Of a DNA stretch of 64,000 nt, positions 19,498 through 28,039 are shown piece after piece; position 1 is the stretch's first letter; each line of letters begins with the position of its first letter. The translations under genes and the position numbers were made by a program. Source of the stretch: an uncultured Clostridia bacterium (GTDB lineage Bacteria > Bacillota > Clostridia > Oscillospirales > CAG-272); assembly GCA_947628165.1 (NCBI GenBank), contig CANQYV010000002.1, forward strand, positions 33,575 to 97,574. The letters run 5' to 3'. The notes beneath the pieces are model-generated. The model did not search any database. It was not told where the DNA came from and saw nothing but the letters and a program-made list of their open reading frames with translations.

Positions 19498-20082
19498 TCA
19501 CGGCGAAAAATTCTCACCGAGAGACTTATTTAGTATTTCCGCGAGCGCCGCGCGCGCACGCGAGAGCCGGCTTTTGACAGTCCCGATGTCGGAGTCTGTC
19601 GCGTTTGCTATCTCAATATAGCTCATCCCGTGCAGCTCGCGCATGACGATCGCCTCGCGCTGCGCGTCGGGCAGCGCGTCTATCGCTGCCCTCACCTCGC
19701 GGATAAGCTCCTGCCTTCCGGCTTCCTCTTCCGGTGTCGGGGACGGGTCCTCGGGCTCGGCGCCCGTCTCGGAGAGCTCGTCGGAGGATATGACGGCGTG
19801 CGCGCTTCGGCTCCTGAGAATATCGAGCGCCGCCGTTTTCGTCAGTGTGTAGAGCCATGATTTTACTTCACATTCGCCGCGGTACTTACCGGCGGCGCGC
19901 CATAGGCGGAGGAATGCGTCCTGTACCGCGTCTGCGGCGTCCTCACTGTTGTGAAGGACCGAGAAGGCGACCCCGAACGAAAACGACTCATGGCGGGAAA
20001 CGAGTTCTGAGAACGCCGCCTCGTCGCCGCGCTTTGTGAGCGAATATAGCTCCTTGTCGGAAAGAGCGCCGTATTTTTTCAT
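19498..20082 (-). CDS. ECF-type RNA polymerase sigma-70 family factor
   Basis: Region 2 (DAVQDAFLRLW..WLYTLTKTAALDILR) and region 4 (REAIVMRELHGMSYIEIANATDSDIGTVKSRLSRAR). Confidence 0.88.
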   Translation of the reverse strand: MKKYGALSDKELYSLTKRGDEAAFSELVSRHESFSFGVAFSVLHNSEDAADAVQDAFLRLWRAAGKYRGECEVKSWLYTLTKTAALDILRSRSAHAVISSDELSETGAEPEDPSPTPEEEAGRQELIREVRAAIDALPDAQREAIVMRELHGMSYIEIANATDSDIGTVKSRLSRARAALAEILNKSLGENFSP

Positions 20083-20121
20083 ATTGCCCGGGACCTCCTC
20101 TCTTAGAAAATTTTTATGTCC

Positions 20122-21132
20122 TTATGCCTTCCCGGCGGCGTCGCCGAGAGCCGTTACAAGCTCCGCCATCTCCGAAAGCGTGCGCGCGCGCATTATTTTG
20201 TCGCGGCAGGCGGGCGCGCCCTCGATGCCGCGCGTGTACCATGCCATGTGCTTTCTCGCCTCGCAGACGCCGACGGCCTCTCCCTTGTCGGCGACTATGA
20301 GGGCGGCGTGGCGCACTGCCTCGCGGCAGCGCTCGCGCGGCGTCGGCGGGACAAACGTCCCCCCCTCCGCGGCGGCGGATAGTTCATCGAATATCCACGG
20401 GTTTCCGAGCGCGCCGCGCCCGACCGCGATGCCGTCGCAGCCTGTCGCCTCCGTCATCCGCACGGCGTCGACGGCGGAATATATGTCTCCGTTGCCGATA
20501 ACGGGGATACTGACCGCGCGTTTTACGTCCGCAATGACGGACAGATCGACGGGAGGCGAGTACATCTGCTCCCGCGTCCTCCCGTGGACGACGACGAGCG
20601 CCGCCCCCGCGTCCTCCGCCATGCGGGCGACGAGAGGCGCGTTGACGTTTCCCTGCCAGCCGGCGCGCAGCTTTACGGTGACGGGGATGCCGGTTCCTTC
20701 GAGCGCGCGGACGCAGGCTGAGACTATGCGGGCGGCAAGCTCCGGGTCCTTCATGAGGGCGGAGCCGTCGCCGTTTTTGACTATTTTCGGCGCGGGGCAG
20801 CCCATGTTTATGTCTATCGCGGCGGGGGCTGCGGCCGATGTGCAGTGAGCGTATGATAATGATGCGGCCTCGTATGCGGCGCGCGCCATCTCGTCGGGAT
20901 CGTGACCGAAAAGCTGAAGAGATATCGGCGTGTCGCCGCGGCGTATGTCGGCAAGACGTGCCGTTTTTCTGTCGCCGTGCGCCATCGCCTTTGCGGATAT
21001 CATCTCCGTCACGGCGTAACCGGCGCCGTGACTGCGGCATACGGTGCGCATTGCGCGGTCGGAGGCTCCCGCCATCGGCGCCAGCATGACGCCGCGAGTT
21101 ATAACGGCGCATCCGAGTCTTATATCTCTCAT
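20122..21132 (-). CDS. dusB: tRNA dihydrouridine synthase
   Basis: LAPMAGASDRAMR, IDINMGCPAPKIV, TVKLRAGW, VHGRTREQMY. Confidence 0.9.
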   Translation of the reverse strand: MRDIRLGCAVITRGVMLAPMAGASDRAMRTVCRSHGAGYAVTEMISAKAMAHGDRKTARLADIRRGDTPISLQLFGHDPDEMARAAYEAASLSYAHCTSAAAPAAIDINMGCPAPKIVKNGDGSALMKDPELAARIVSACVRALEGTGIPVTVKLRAGWQGNVNAPLVARMAEDAGAALVVVHGRTREQMYSPPVDLSVIADVKRAVSIPVIGNGDIYSAVDAVRMTEATGCDGIAVGRGALGNPWIFDELSAAAEGGTFVPPTPRERCREAVRHAALIVADKGEAVGVCEARKHMAWYTRGIEGAPACRDKIMRARTLSEMAELVTALGDAAGKA

Positions 21133-21230
21133 GCTTTTCCTCCGATTTAAAATAAGCCTTCCGCTTATGTATCATTCACGCATTCGCGCCGCGTGCGGTT
21201 ACTTTTTTGTAAAAAGCGCCCTTTGCGGTA

Positions 21231-21259
21231 TTGACACGTTGCCTCAAAAGCGATATAAT
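21231..21259 (+). promoter_or_regulatory. consensus sigma-70 promoter upstream of the solute-binding lipoprotein gene
   Basis: TTGACA, 17-nt spacer, TATAAT. The spacer shares TTGCCnCAAAAGnGnTATAATTTT with the pcp promoter. Confidence 0.65.
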
Positions 21260-21401
21260 TTTCTTACAGGTTTAGTATGATAGCCTTTTGTGCGCGTATC
21301 GGCGGAAGTGCGGGACCTCCGACGGCGCATATAGTTACGCATATCGTTATAGGATATTATACTACAACAGAGACTCCATATCAATAATCAAAAAAGGAGA
21401 A

Positions 21402-22919
21402 ATGACAGTGAAAAGATTTGTGGCGCTTCTTCTCGCGCTCCTCATGCTTTCGACCGCGCTCGTCGCCTGCAAGGATACTACCGGAAACGGCGGAAACGAA
21501 GGCAACAACGGCGACTCGGGGACGCCGGAAGATACGGGACCGAATTACGCAGAGGGCCCCGCGCTCCCCGACATGAAATGGGACCGTGACTTCAACGTGC
21601 TCGGCAAGGGCAAGACTCAGCCGCACTGGCAGAGCCGCGACCTCACCGCAGAAGAAATAGGCGACGACAACATAAACAACGCCGTCTACTACCGCAACAA
21701 CGCCATATACGAAAGATACGGCATCAATGTTGTTGAGTTCGAGGTGGCAGATTACTTTGCTCAGGAAAAGGAAGCAATGGCCGCGTGCCAGATGGGTGTT
21801 GACGACTACGATATGTTCTGCCTCAAGCCCGAGGCGGTGCTTTCGACGCTCATAAACAACGGCTATCTGCTCGACCTCAACACGACGATGAACTACATGG
21901 ACCTCTCGGCTCCGTGGTATGACCAGAACTCGATAGAGCAGCTTTCGCTCGCGCACCGCGTATATCTTGTGACGGGCGCAATGCTGATAATGGACGACGA
22001 CGCGACGGCCGGCGTGTTCTTCAACAAGCAGACGGCAGCCGAGCACGCCGATATCCCGGACCTTTACAAGCTCGTCGATGACGGCGAATGGACGATAGAC
22101 CGTATGACTGAGATCGCGGGCATCGCGTCCCACGACGACAACGGCGACGACGTCTGGACGGTCGGACCCGACAGATGGGGCTGCCTCTCCGAGCGCTCCG
22201 TCACGCTCGCGCTCATTGCGGGCGGAAATCTCCGCATAATAGACAAGGATAAGGATACCGATATTCCGTTCGTCGCGGCAGACAGCGAAGAATATCTCGC
22301 AATGCTCGACAAGGTACTTAAGCTCCAGAACAACTTCAACGTGACGATGTTCGCAGAGGCTCTTTCCGGTTACGGCGACGTCTGGGTCGAGGCTCTCGAC
22401 AAGACGTTCAACAACAACAAGGCGCTCTTCTACGCCGCATGGCTGAACCGCGCGACGATTTTCCGCGACATGGAGACGGACTTCGGTATACTCCCGTATC
22501 CGAAGTATGACGAAAATCAGAAGGACTACTGCTCGTTCGTGTCCCTCTACTGCGCGAACTCCATCTCCGTCCCGAATACGACGACGGACACAGACTTCGT
22601 CTCGTTCGCTATCGAGGCGCTGTCCGCAGAGAGTATGAACGGTACGAACAGTCTTACCGAAGCGTATTACGAAAAGACGCTCGGCTCGAAGAACATCCGT
22701 GACCCCGAGTCGAAGCGCATGCTCGACAAGATTTTTGCAAATACGCTCTTTGACCTCGGTTATATGTTCAACTGGGGCAGCATTTGCTCCACGATCATGG
22801 ACATGAGCGGCGTTTCCGGCGGTGACGCATCGAGCTTCGCAAGAAGGATGACGGCGACGAAGAAGCCCGTTCAGACGGCGCTCGACAAGACTATAGAGGT
22901 TCTGACGAATCAGGAATAG
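21402..22919 (+). CDS. extracellular solute-binding lipoprotein (ABC substrate-binding, family-1-like), orphan
   Basis: Internal ATG 21402 after aaaaggaga. Lipoprotein signal LLALLMLSTALVAC followed by a Gly/Asn-rich linker. Confidence 0.8.
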   Translation: MTVKRFVALLLALLMLSTALVACKDTTGNGGNEGNNGDSGTPEDTGPNYAEGPALPDMKWDRDFNVLGKGKTQPHWQSRDLTAEEIGDDNINNAVYYRNNAIYERYGINVVEFEVADYFAQEKEAMAACQMGVDDYDMFCLKPEAVLSTLINNGYLLDLNTTMNYMDLSAPWYDQNSIEQLSLAHRVYLVTGAMLIMDDDATAGVFFNKQTAAEHADIPDLYKLVDDGEWTIDRMTEIAGIASHDDNGDDVWTVGPDRWGCLSERSVTLALIAGGNLRIIDKDKDTDIPFVAADSEEYLAMLDKVLKLQNNFNVTMFAEALSGYGDVWVEALDKTFNNNKALFYAAWLNRATIFRDMETDFGILPYPKYDENQKDYCSFVSLYCANSISVPNTTTDTDFVSFAIEALSAESMNGTNSLTEAYYEKTLGSKNIRDPESKRMLDKIFANTLFDLGYMFNWGSICSTIMDMSGVSGGDASSFARRMTATKKPVQTALDKTIEVLTNQE

Positions 22920-22955
22920 AGCCGCATCGGTGACGGAATAATTTCGATAATAAAC

Positions 22956-22995
22956 GCGGTCCCGGGACGCAAATGCGCCCCGGGACCCGTTTTTC
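22956..22995 (+). terminator. intrinsic terminator
   Basis: GGTCCCGGG..CCCGGGACC stem followed by cgttttt. Confidence 0.7.
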
Positions 22996-23028
22996 TTTGT
23001 AAAATAATCGTGCTTGCAAAAATAGTTT

Positions 23029-24234
23029 ATGTGTGATAAAATAGATACAACTTTGACCGCAATGTCAATGACGAAAGCGCGGGCACGGCGGCGGAAAATG
23101 AAATCGGAGGCTAAAGCACAAGTGGACACGGAACGGCTTGATTTCTTTTCTCTCATAATACCGTCGCTCGACCCGGACGAAAAACTCGCGGAAACGGTTA
23201 CGTCCGCGATAAACGCGGGGATATCGGACATAATCCTCGTCGACGACGGCAGCGCGGAGGACAAAAGACAGATATTTGACGGGCTGAGGGATTCTCATCC
23301 CGAGGTGACGCTTTTGCGCCACGAGGTCAACAGGGGAAAGGGAGCCGCGCTCAAGACCGCGCTCTCATATATAAAAGAAAACCGTCCCGGAACGGGCGGC
23401 GCCGTCACGGCGGACGGAGACGGTCAGCACAGGACGGAGGACATAATCGCCTGCGCGAAAGAGATGAGGGACACGGGCTGTGTCATCCTCGGCTGCCGTG
23501 ATTTCTCCCTTGAGGGGGTGCCGTTTAAGAGCCGCTTCGGCAACGGGATGACGTCCGCGGTATTCAGGATATTCTGCGGGATGAAGCTGTCTGACACGCA
23601 GACGGGGCTTCGCGCCATACCGGCGGCGTATTTTGACGATATGACAGGCGTCGACGGCTCGCGATACGAATACGAGACGAATATGCTCATACACATGGGC
23701 AGATACGGCATACCGTACCGCGAGGTAAAAATAGAAACGATATATTATGACGACAACAAGGCGTCTCACTTCCGCCCGATAAGGGATTCGATACGCGTTT
23801 ACGGGCTTATCCTCAAATATATAGCAAGCTCTATGATATCGTCGGGCCTCGACCTGCTCCTCTTTTATCTTTGGGGAGAGTTTGTGTTCGGCTCGGACTT
23901 CTGGGGCGTTTTCGCGTCGACGGTGACGGCGCGCGTCATTTCGATGGCGGTCAATTTTACAATAAACAAAAATCTCGTATTCGGCAGCAGAAAGGGAATT
24001 TTCGGCACGGTCGTGCGTTACGTCTGCGTCGCCGTTCCCGTGATGCTTGCGTCATGGCTGAGCGTTTACGCTATCTCGGAGGGACTTGCCGTCCTGTTCG
24101 ACGTTGACGAGGTAATTCATATCGGACGCACGATAATAAAGATACCGATAGATATAATCCTTTTCCTTATCAGCTTCCGCATTCAGCAGAAATGGGTGTT
24201 CACGGACAAAAAAAGGGGGAACGCGCATGGATAA
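23029..24234 (+). CDS. bifunctional family-2 glycosyltransferase / GtrA-like membrane protein (polyprenyl-phosphate sugar synthase-like)
   Basis: GT2 motifs (SLIIPSLD, ILVDDGS, DGDGQH) plus four C-terminal TM helices with VNFTINKNLVF (GtrA-like). The exact start is uncertain (ATG 23029, 23062 or 23098). Confidence 0.8.
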   Translation: MCDKIDTTLTAMSMTKARARRRKMKSEAKAQVDTERLDFFSLIIPSLDPDEKLAETVTSAINAGISDIILVDDGSAEDKRQIFDGLRDSHPEVTLLRHEVNRGKGAALKTALSYIKENRPGTGGAVTADGDGQHRTEDIIACAKEMRDTGCVILGCRDFSLEGVPFKSRFGNGMTSAVFRIFCGMKLSDTQTGLRAIPAAYFDDMTGVDGSRYEYETNMLIHMGRYGIPYREVKIETIYYDDNKASHFRPIRDSIRVYGLILKYIASSMISSGLDLLLFYLWGEFVFGSDFWGVFASTVTARVISMAVNFTINKNLVFGSRKGIFGTVVRYVCVAVPVMLASWLSVYAISEGLAVLFDVDEVIHIGRTIIKIPIDIILFLISFRIQQKWVFTDKKRGNAHG

Positions 24235-25924
24235 GTATAACGGCGGGGCGGACGGCGGGCTCCCCGAGGAAAAAAGACCGCCCGTAAAGCCGCGCATAGT
24301 GAGAGAACCGAGGCAGACTCCGGTTCGGGAGAAAAGGACAGCGGAAACCGGCGAAGAAAAAGTTACAAGGCCCGCGTCCGAACGCAATAATTCCGACGCC
24401 GGTGCGAATACAGGCGCACCGCGTCCGGCGCAGGGATCGCAGAATGTGCAGAGCACACCGCGTCCGGCGCAGGGATCGCAGAATGTGCAGAACGCACCGC
24501 GTCCGGTAGAGAGAGCACATAATGTTCAGAGCACACCGCGTCCGGCTGAGAGAGCGCAGAATATGCAGAGCGCACCGCGCCCGGTCGGGAGCACACATTA
24601 TGTTCAGGGTGCACCGCATCCGGCGCAGGTATCGCAGAATATGCAGCGCCCACCGCGCCCGGCACAGGCATCGCAGAATGCTCAGGGCGCACCGCGTCCG
24701 GTCGGGAGCGTGACGCAGGGGGCTCCCGAAGGGGGGCGCAGAACGCCGGCGGGCGTCGAGCAGAAGCTGCGGACCACATCGAAGCGCAAGGGGAAAATGT
24801 CGACGATAGTGGGCAGGGTGTTGCTCGTCATTTTTACTGTCATATTCGTACTCATATTTGCCGTCGTCGCACTTTGCGGCACGCTCGTAAACGGTCCGTC
24901 GGAAACGGTGCGCGACCTGCTCGTCCTTTCCGCGATGCAGGCGAGCGCGACGAAGTGGCTGCCCGGCCTATTCCTTGACGACGCGGTCGTCGACGAAATA
25001 ATGGCGAAGAGCGAAGAGGTAAACGAAGAGGTCATCCCGATGGGGACGTTTACGAACAAGACGCCCGAGAAGGACGACGAAACGTCGTCTCCCGACGACA
25101 CGGCGGGGAGCAGCGGGGCGGAGACGCCCGAGCCGCCGGTCGACGAATGGGCATCCGCCATAGACGGGATGATATACAAGACGTTCGTCCGCTCCACATT
25201 TAAGGCTTATATGCTCATAGTCAAGGATCCGTCCCGCGTCTATGTCGGCACTTCGAGCAATTTCAAGAGCAACAAAATCGGCGCGCGCATATTCGATATA
25301 GTTAAGCGCGAGGACGCAATTGCGGGCATAAACGCCGGAGAGTTTGCGGACCCGAACGGCAGAGGCACCGGAAACAACCCGATAGGACTGACTTATTCCA
25401 AGGGCGAATGCGTCTGGGACGACGGAAAAAAGCGCACGTTCATAGGCTTTGACAACAACGGCGTGCTCCACGCAGTCGAGAGCATGACGAAGAGCAAGGC
25501 TGACGAGCTCGGCATACGGGACGCCGTCTCGTTCCAGACGGGCAACGTGCTGATCACCAACGACGGCGAAAGCGTCAAGCTCTATTATTCCGAGGGCAAC
25601 CTCGGAATGTCGCAGCGCACCGCGATCGCACAGAGGGCGGACGGCGCCGTGATCCTGCTCGTGACGGACGGAAGATCCGGCTCGAGCCTCGGCGCGACGA
25701 AAAACGACGTCATCGACCTGCTCGTTTCGGAGGGGGCGGTCGTCGCCGGCATGCTTGACGGCGGTTCGTCCACGATGATGTATTACGAGGACTACTATAC
25801 GAAATATAACATTGACACCGCAGGACTCGACGAATACCAGCGCCAGGGACTGACGAACAGGTACAAGGCGTTCACGACGCCGCGTCACCTGCCGACGTTT
25901 TTCCTCGTATCGCCCGAAAAATGA
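24227..25924 (+). CDS. phosphodiester glycosidase (NAGPA-like) family protein with repeat-rich N-terminus and TM anchor
   Basis: C-terminal RTAIAQRADGAVILLVTDGR..LDGGSSTMMYY. TM helix IVGRVLLVIFTVIFVLIFAVVAL. Start overlaps the upstream gene by 8 nt. Confidence 0.75.
   Translation: MDKYNGGADGGLPEEKRPPVKPRIVREPRQTPVREKRTAETGEEKVTRPASERNNSDAGANTGAPRPAQGSQNVQSTPRPAQGSQNVQNAPRPVERAHNVQSTPRPAERAQNMQSAPRPVGSTHYVQGAPHPAQVSQNMQRPPRPAQASQNAQGAPRPVGSVTQGAPEGGRRTPAGVEQKLRTTSKRKGKMSTIVGRVLLVIFTVIFVLIFAVVALCGTLVNGPSETVRDLLVLSAMQASATKWLPGLFLDDAVVDEIMAKSEEVNEEVIPMGTFTNKTPEKDDETSSPDDTAGSSGAETPEPPVDEWASAIDGMIYKTFVRSTFKAYMLIVKDPSRVYVGTSSNFKSNKIGARIFDIVKREDAIAGINAGEFADPNGRGTGNNPIGLTYSKGECVWDDGKKRTFIGFDNNGVLHAVESMTKSKADELGIRDAVSFQTGNVLITNDGESVKLYYSEGNLGMSQRTAIAQRADGAVILLVTDGRSGSSLGATKNDVIDLLVSEGAVVAGMLDGGSSTMMYYEDYYTKYNIDTAGLDEYQRQGLTNRYKAFTTPRHLPTFFLVSPEK
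24416..24721 (+). repeat. imperfect 39-bp (13-aa) tandem repeat, about 7.8 copies, in-frame within the CDS
   Basis: Units (A/T)PRPAQGSQNVQ(S/N), APRPVERAHNVQS, TPRPAERAQNMQS and so on. The DNA periodicity is visible directly. Confidence 0.9.
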
Positions 25925-25939
25925 TCGGAGGAAAATGCT

Positions 25940-27088
25940 TTGGCTATGAAAAAAGGACCGCTGCACGGCTTTCATATATCGCGGTTTTATGTGATATATC
26001 TTGCAGTGACCGTTTCGGTCATACTTATAATTATCGCCTCGCTCGGAGTCGTCTCAAAAAGGCTCGCGGAGTATGAGGAGGCGCAGCCGAAATACGTCGC
26101 CGCGGAGGTGTTTGAAAAATACTTCACCGTTCCGCTGAAATACGACACGCTCCTGGCTGACGCGGTGTTCGAGCGCGGGGAAGCGACGGACGCCGAGATA
26201 ATAGAATACCTTTCGTCCGAGATAGGCAGCTCCGAGCTTTCGTATTCAAAAGGGCTCGCCGCCGAGGACGGGACCGTAAAATATGTCGTCAAGGCGGGCT
26301 CAAAGCAGCTCGGCGCGATAATACTTTCCGTTTCGGACAAGAAGACGGAGCACGGTTTTTCTCTCTACGAGCTGTCGCGCGTAGAGCTGAATCTGAACGT
26401 CAGCGGACCCGAGGAAACGGAAACGGAGGGACCGCCCGCGCTCACGCTGTTCTTTGACGTGCCCTCGTCGTATACGGTGACCGTCGACGGCGTCGGACTT
26501 TCGACAGAGAACGTCACGTCGACTCACCTGCGCCCAGACGTGCTCGAATATTACCCCTCGGGCGTCGAGGGCGTCGAATATACCGTTTACACGCTTACGA
26601 CGCTTTATGAGCTGCCGGAAAAGGTCGAGGTTAAGGACCTTTTGGGCGGGGAGGCGGAGGTCACGTTCGACGCGGACACGAACACATATACCGCCGGCAT
26701 CATATACAGCGAGCAGCTTGCGTTAGAGCATACGGAATTTGTCACGGAGGCGCTCAAGTGGTACGCGGCGTATCTGCAGCGCGTGCCGGGATACAGGGCG
26801 TCGAAGATAAGCAGCTATTTTGAAGAGGGCTCCGTCGCATACGAAAACATAAAGACGGTGGCGAAGGATCTCTGGATGATGACAGAGCCGTCGGGGAGCG
26901 ATTTTGAAAACGTCACGGCGAGCGAATTTTACGCGCTGTCCGCGGACGTTCTGACCTGCCGCGTCAAGCTGACGCAGATACTGCATAGAAGCGGCAAGGA
27001 GGACAACGCCGACACGATAGATATGTACCTCTTCTTCCGCCCGACGGCGGACGGATACCGCATATACGAGATGTATAACGCTCAATAA
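25940..27088 (+). CDS. membrane-anchored hypothetical protein
   Basis: ggagga RBS 7 nt before TTG 25940 (ATG at 25946). One N-terminal TM helix, then a ~330-aa domain I do not recognise. Confidence 0.6.
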   Translation: MAMKKGPLHGFHISRFYVIYLAVTVSVILIIIASLGVVSKRLAEYEEAQPKYVAAEVFEKYFTVPLKYDTLLADAVFERGEATDAEIIEYLSSEIGSSELSYSKGLAAEDGTVKYVVKAGSKQLGAIILSVSDKKTEHGFSLYELSRVELNLNVSGPEETETEGPPALTLFFDVPSSYTVTVDGVGLSTENVTSTHLRPDVLEYYPSGVEGVEYTVYTLTTLYELPEKVEVKDLLGGEAEVTFDADTNTYTAGIIYSEQLALEHTEFVTEALKWYAAYLQRVPGYRASKISSYFEEGSVAYENIKTVAKDLWMMTEPSGSDFENVTASEFYALSADVLTCRVKLTQILHRSGKEDNADTIDMYLFFRPTADGYRIYEMYNAQ

Positions 27089-27116
27089 ATAAACGTAAAA
27101 GAGAGGATGTGACAAT

Positions 27117-27671
27117 ATGAACCAGGGCGAGCTCGCGGTGCTTGATTTCATCGCGGAGCACATGAGGTGCGGATTTCTCGACTTCCTCATGCCGAAGATA
27201 ACGATGCTCGGAGATGCCGGCATATTCTGGATACTGCTTGCTGTGGCGCTTCTCATACCTAAGGCGACGCGGAAAACAGGCGTCATGATGGCAGTCGCAC
27301 TCATACTCGGACTAATCGTCTGCAATATCACGATAAAGCCGCTCGTCGCGCGAGTGAGACCATACGACGTAAAGGGCATCATGCCGTATCTTTGCGACGT
27401 GCAGAAGGACTTTTCCTTCCCGTCCGGTCACACGACGGCGAGCTTCGAGGGGGCGACCGTGCTGCTTATGAGGCACAGAAAATGGGGGATCGCGGCGTGC
27501 GTCCTCGCCGCTCTCATCGCGTTCTCGCGGATGTATCTTTACGTCCACTATCCGACCGATATTTTGGGCGGCCTCGTCCTCGGCGTGCTCTTCGGCATAC
27601 TCGGCGTCATCATTGTCAACAAATGCTGGGACCCGATAGTGAACCGCCTCAAAAAAGAACAGGCGCAATAA
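27117..27671 (+). CDS. PAP2-family phosphatase (undecaprenyl/lipid phosphate phosphatase-like)
   Basis: PAP2 motifs KPLVARVRP, FPSGHT, and SRMYLYVHYPTD. Confidence 0.85.
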   Translation: MNQGELAVLDFIAEHMRCGFLDFLMPKITMLGDAGIFWILLAVALLIPKATRKTGVMMAVALILGLIVCNITIKPLVARVRPYDVKGIMPYLCDVQKDFSFPSGHTTASFEGATVLLMRHRKWGIAACVLAALIAFSRMYLYVHYPTDILGGLVLGVLFGILGVIIVNKCWDPIVNRLKKEQAQ

Positions 27672-27690
27672 GCAAAAAGTACATAATAAG

Positions 27691-27756
27691 TTTTAAAAAG
27701 AGGGTCCGGGAGGAAAACTTTTACAAAAGTTTTCCTCCCGGATCTGTTTTATTTTT
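27691..27756. repeat. dispersed hairpin element, copy C (acts as a bidirectional terminator)
   Basis: ttttaaaaagagggt + TCCGGGAGGAAAACTTTTacAAAAGTTTTCCTCCCGGA followed by tctgttttattttt. Confidence 0.75.
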
Positions 27757-28036
27757 CGATTTTATCCCACCTGTGCGGCAGGTCGGGGCAGTTTTGGGCT
27801 CGCTTTGCGGCGCGAACCTCGACGAAGCAGCCGCAGAGCGCGCACATCCCGTCGCTGAGGCGGTCGCAGGCGCGGCAGACGGCGAGACGGGCGGCGTAAT
27901 CATCTGCACTGCATTTTACGTCGTCGCCGAGCGAGGACAGATACTCGCGCACGGTCTTATATACGCCGTCGCGGTCTATCTCTGCCAACAGGCACCGCCT
28001 GCATCGCGGGGGAGAATAGCCGGTCTCCTCGTCCAT
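27749..28036 (-). CDS. cysteine-rich small protein (three CxxC pairs), hypothetical
   Basis: 9 Cys in 95 aa (CRRC, CRAC, CALCGC). Starts 3 nt after the abfA stop. Confidence 0.6.
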   Translation of the reverse strand: MDEETGYSPPRCRRCLLAEIDRDGVYKTVREYLSSLGDDVKCSADDYAARLAVCRACDRLSDGMCALCGCFVEVRAAKRAQNCPDLPHRWDKIEK

Positions 28037-28039
28037 CTT

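Noticed and set aside
20036-21175. Alternative-frame ORFs 20036..20848 (+) and 20384..21175 (-) within dusB
   Set aside because: The dusB frame (20122..21132, minus strand) has the conserved Dus motifs. The others are Arg/Ser/Pro-rich shadows.
21381-23264. 627-aa ORF on the minus strand
   Set aside because: It runs antisense to the well-supported solute-binding lipoprotein gene and across its terminator. The composition is Arg/Val/His-rich with no motifs or RBS. This is a typical GC-driven shadow ORF.
24200-24779. Periodic repeats that could be mistaken for a CRISPR array, and three repeat-shaped ORFs in other frames
   Set aside because: The units are contiguous 39-bp imperfect copies with no unique spacers. 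They lie in frame inside a CDS that continues into a conserved catalytic domain. No cas genes are present.
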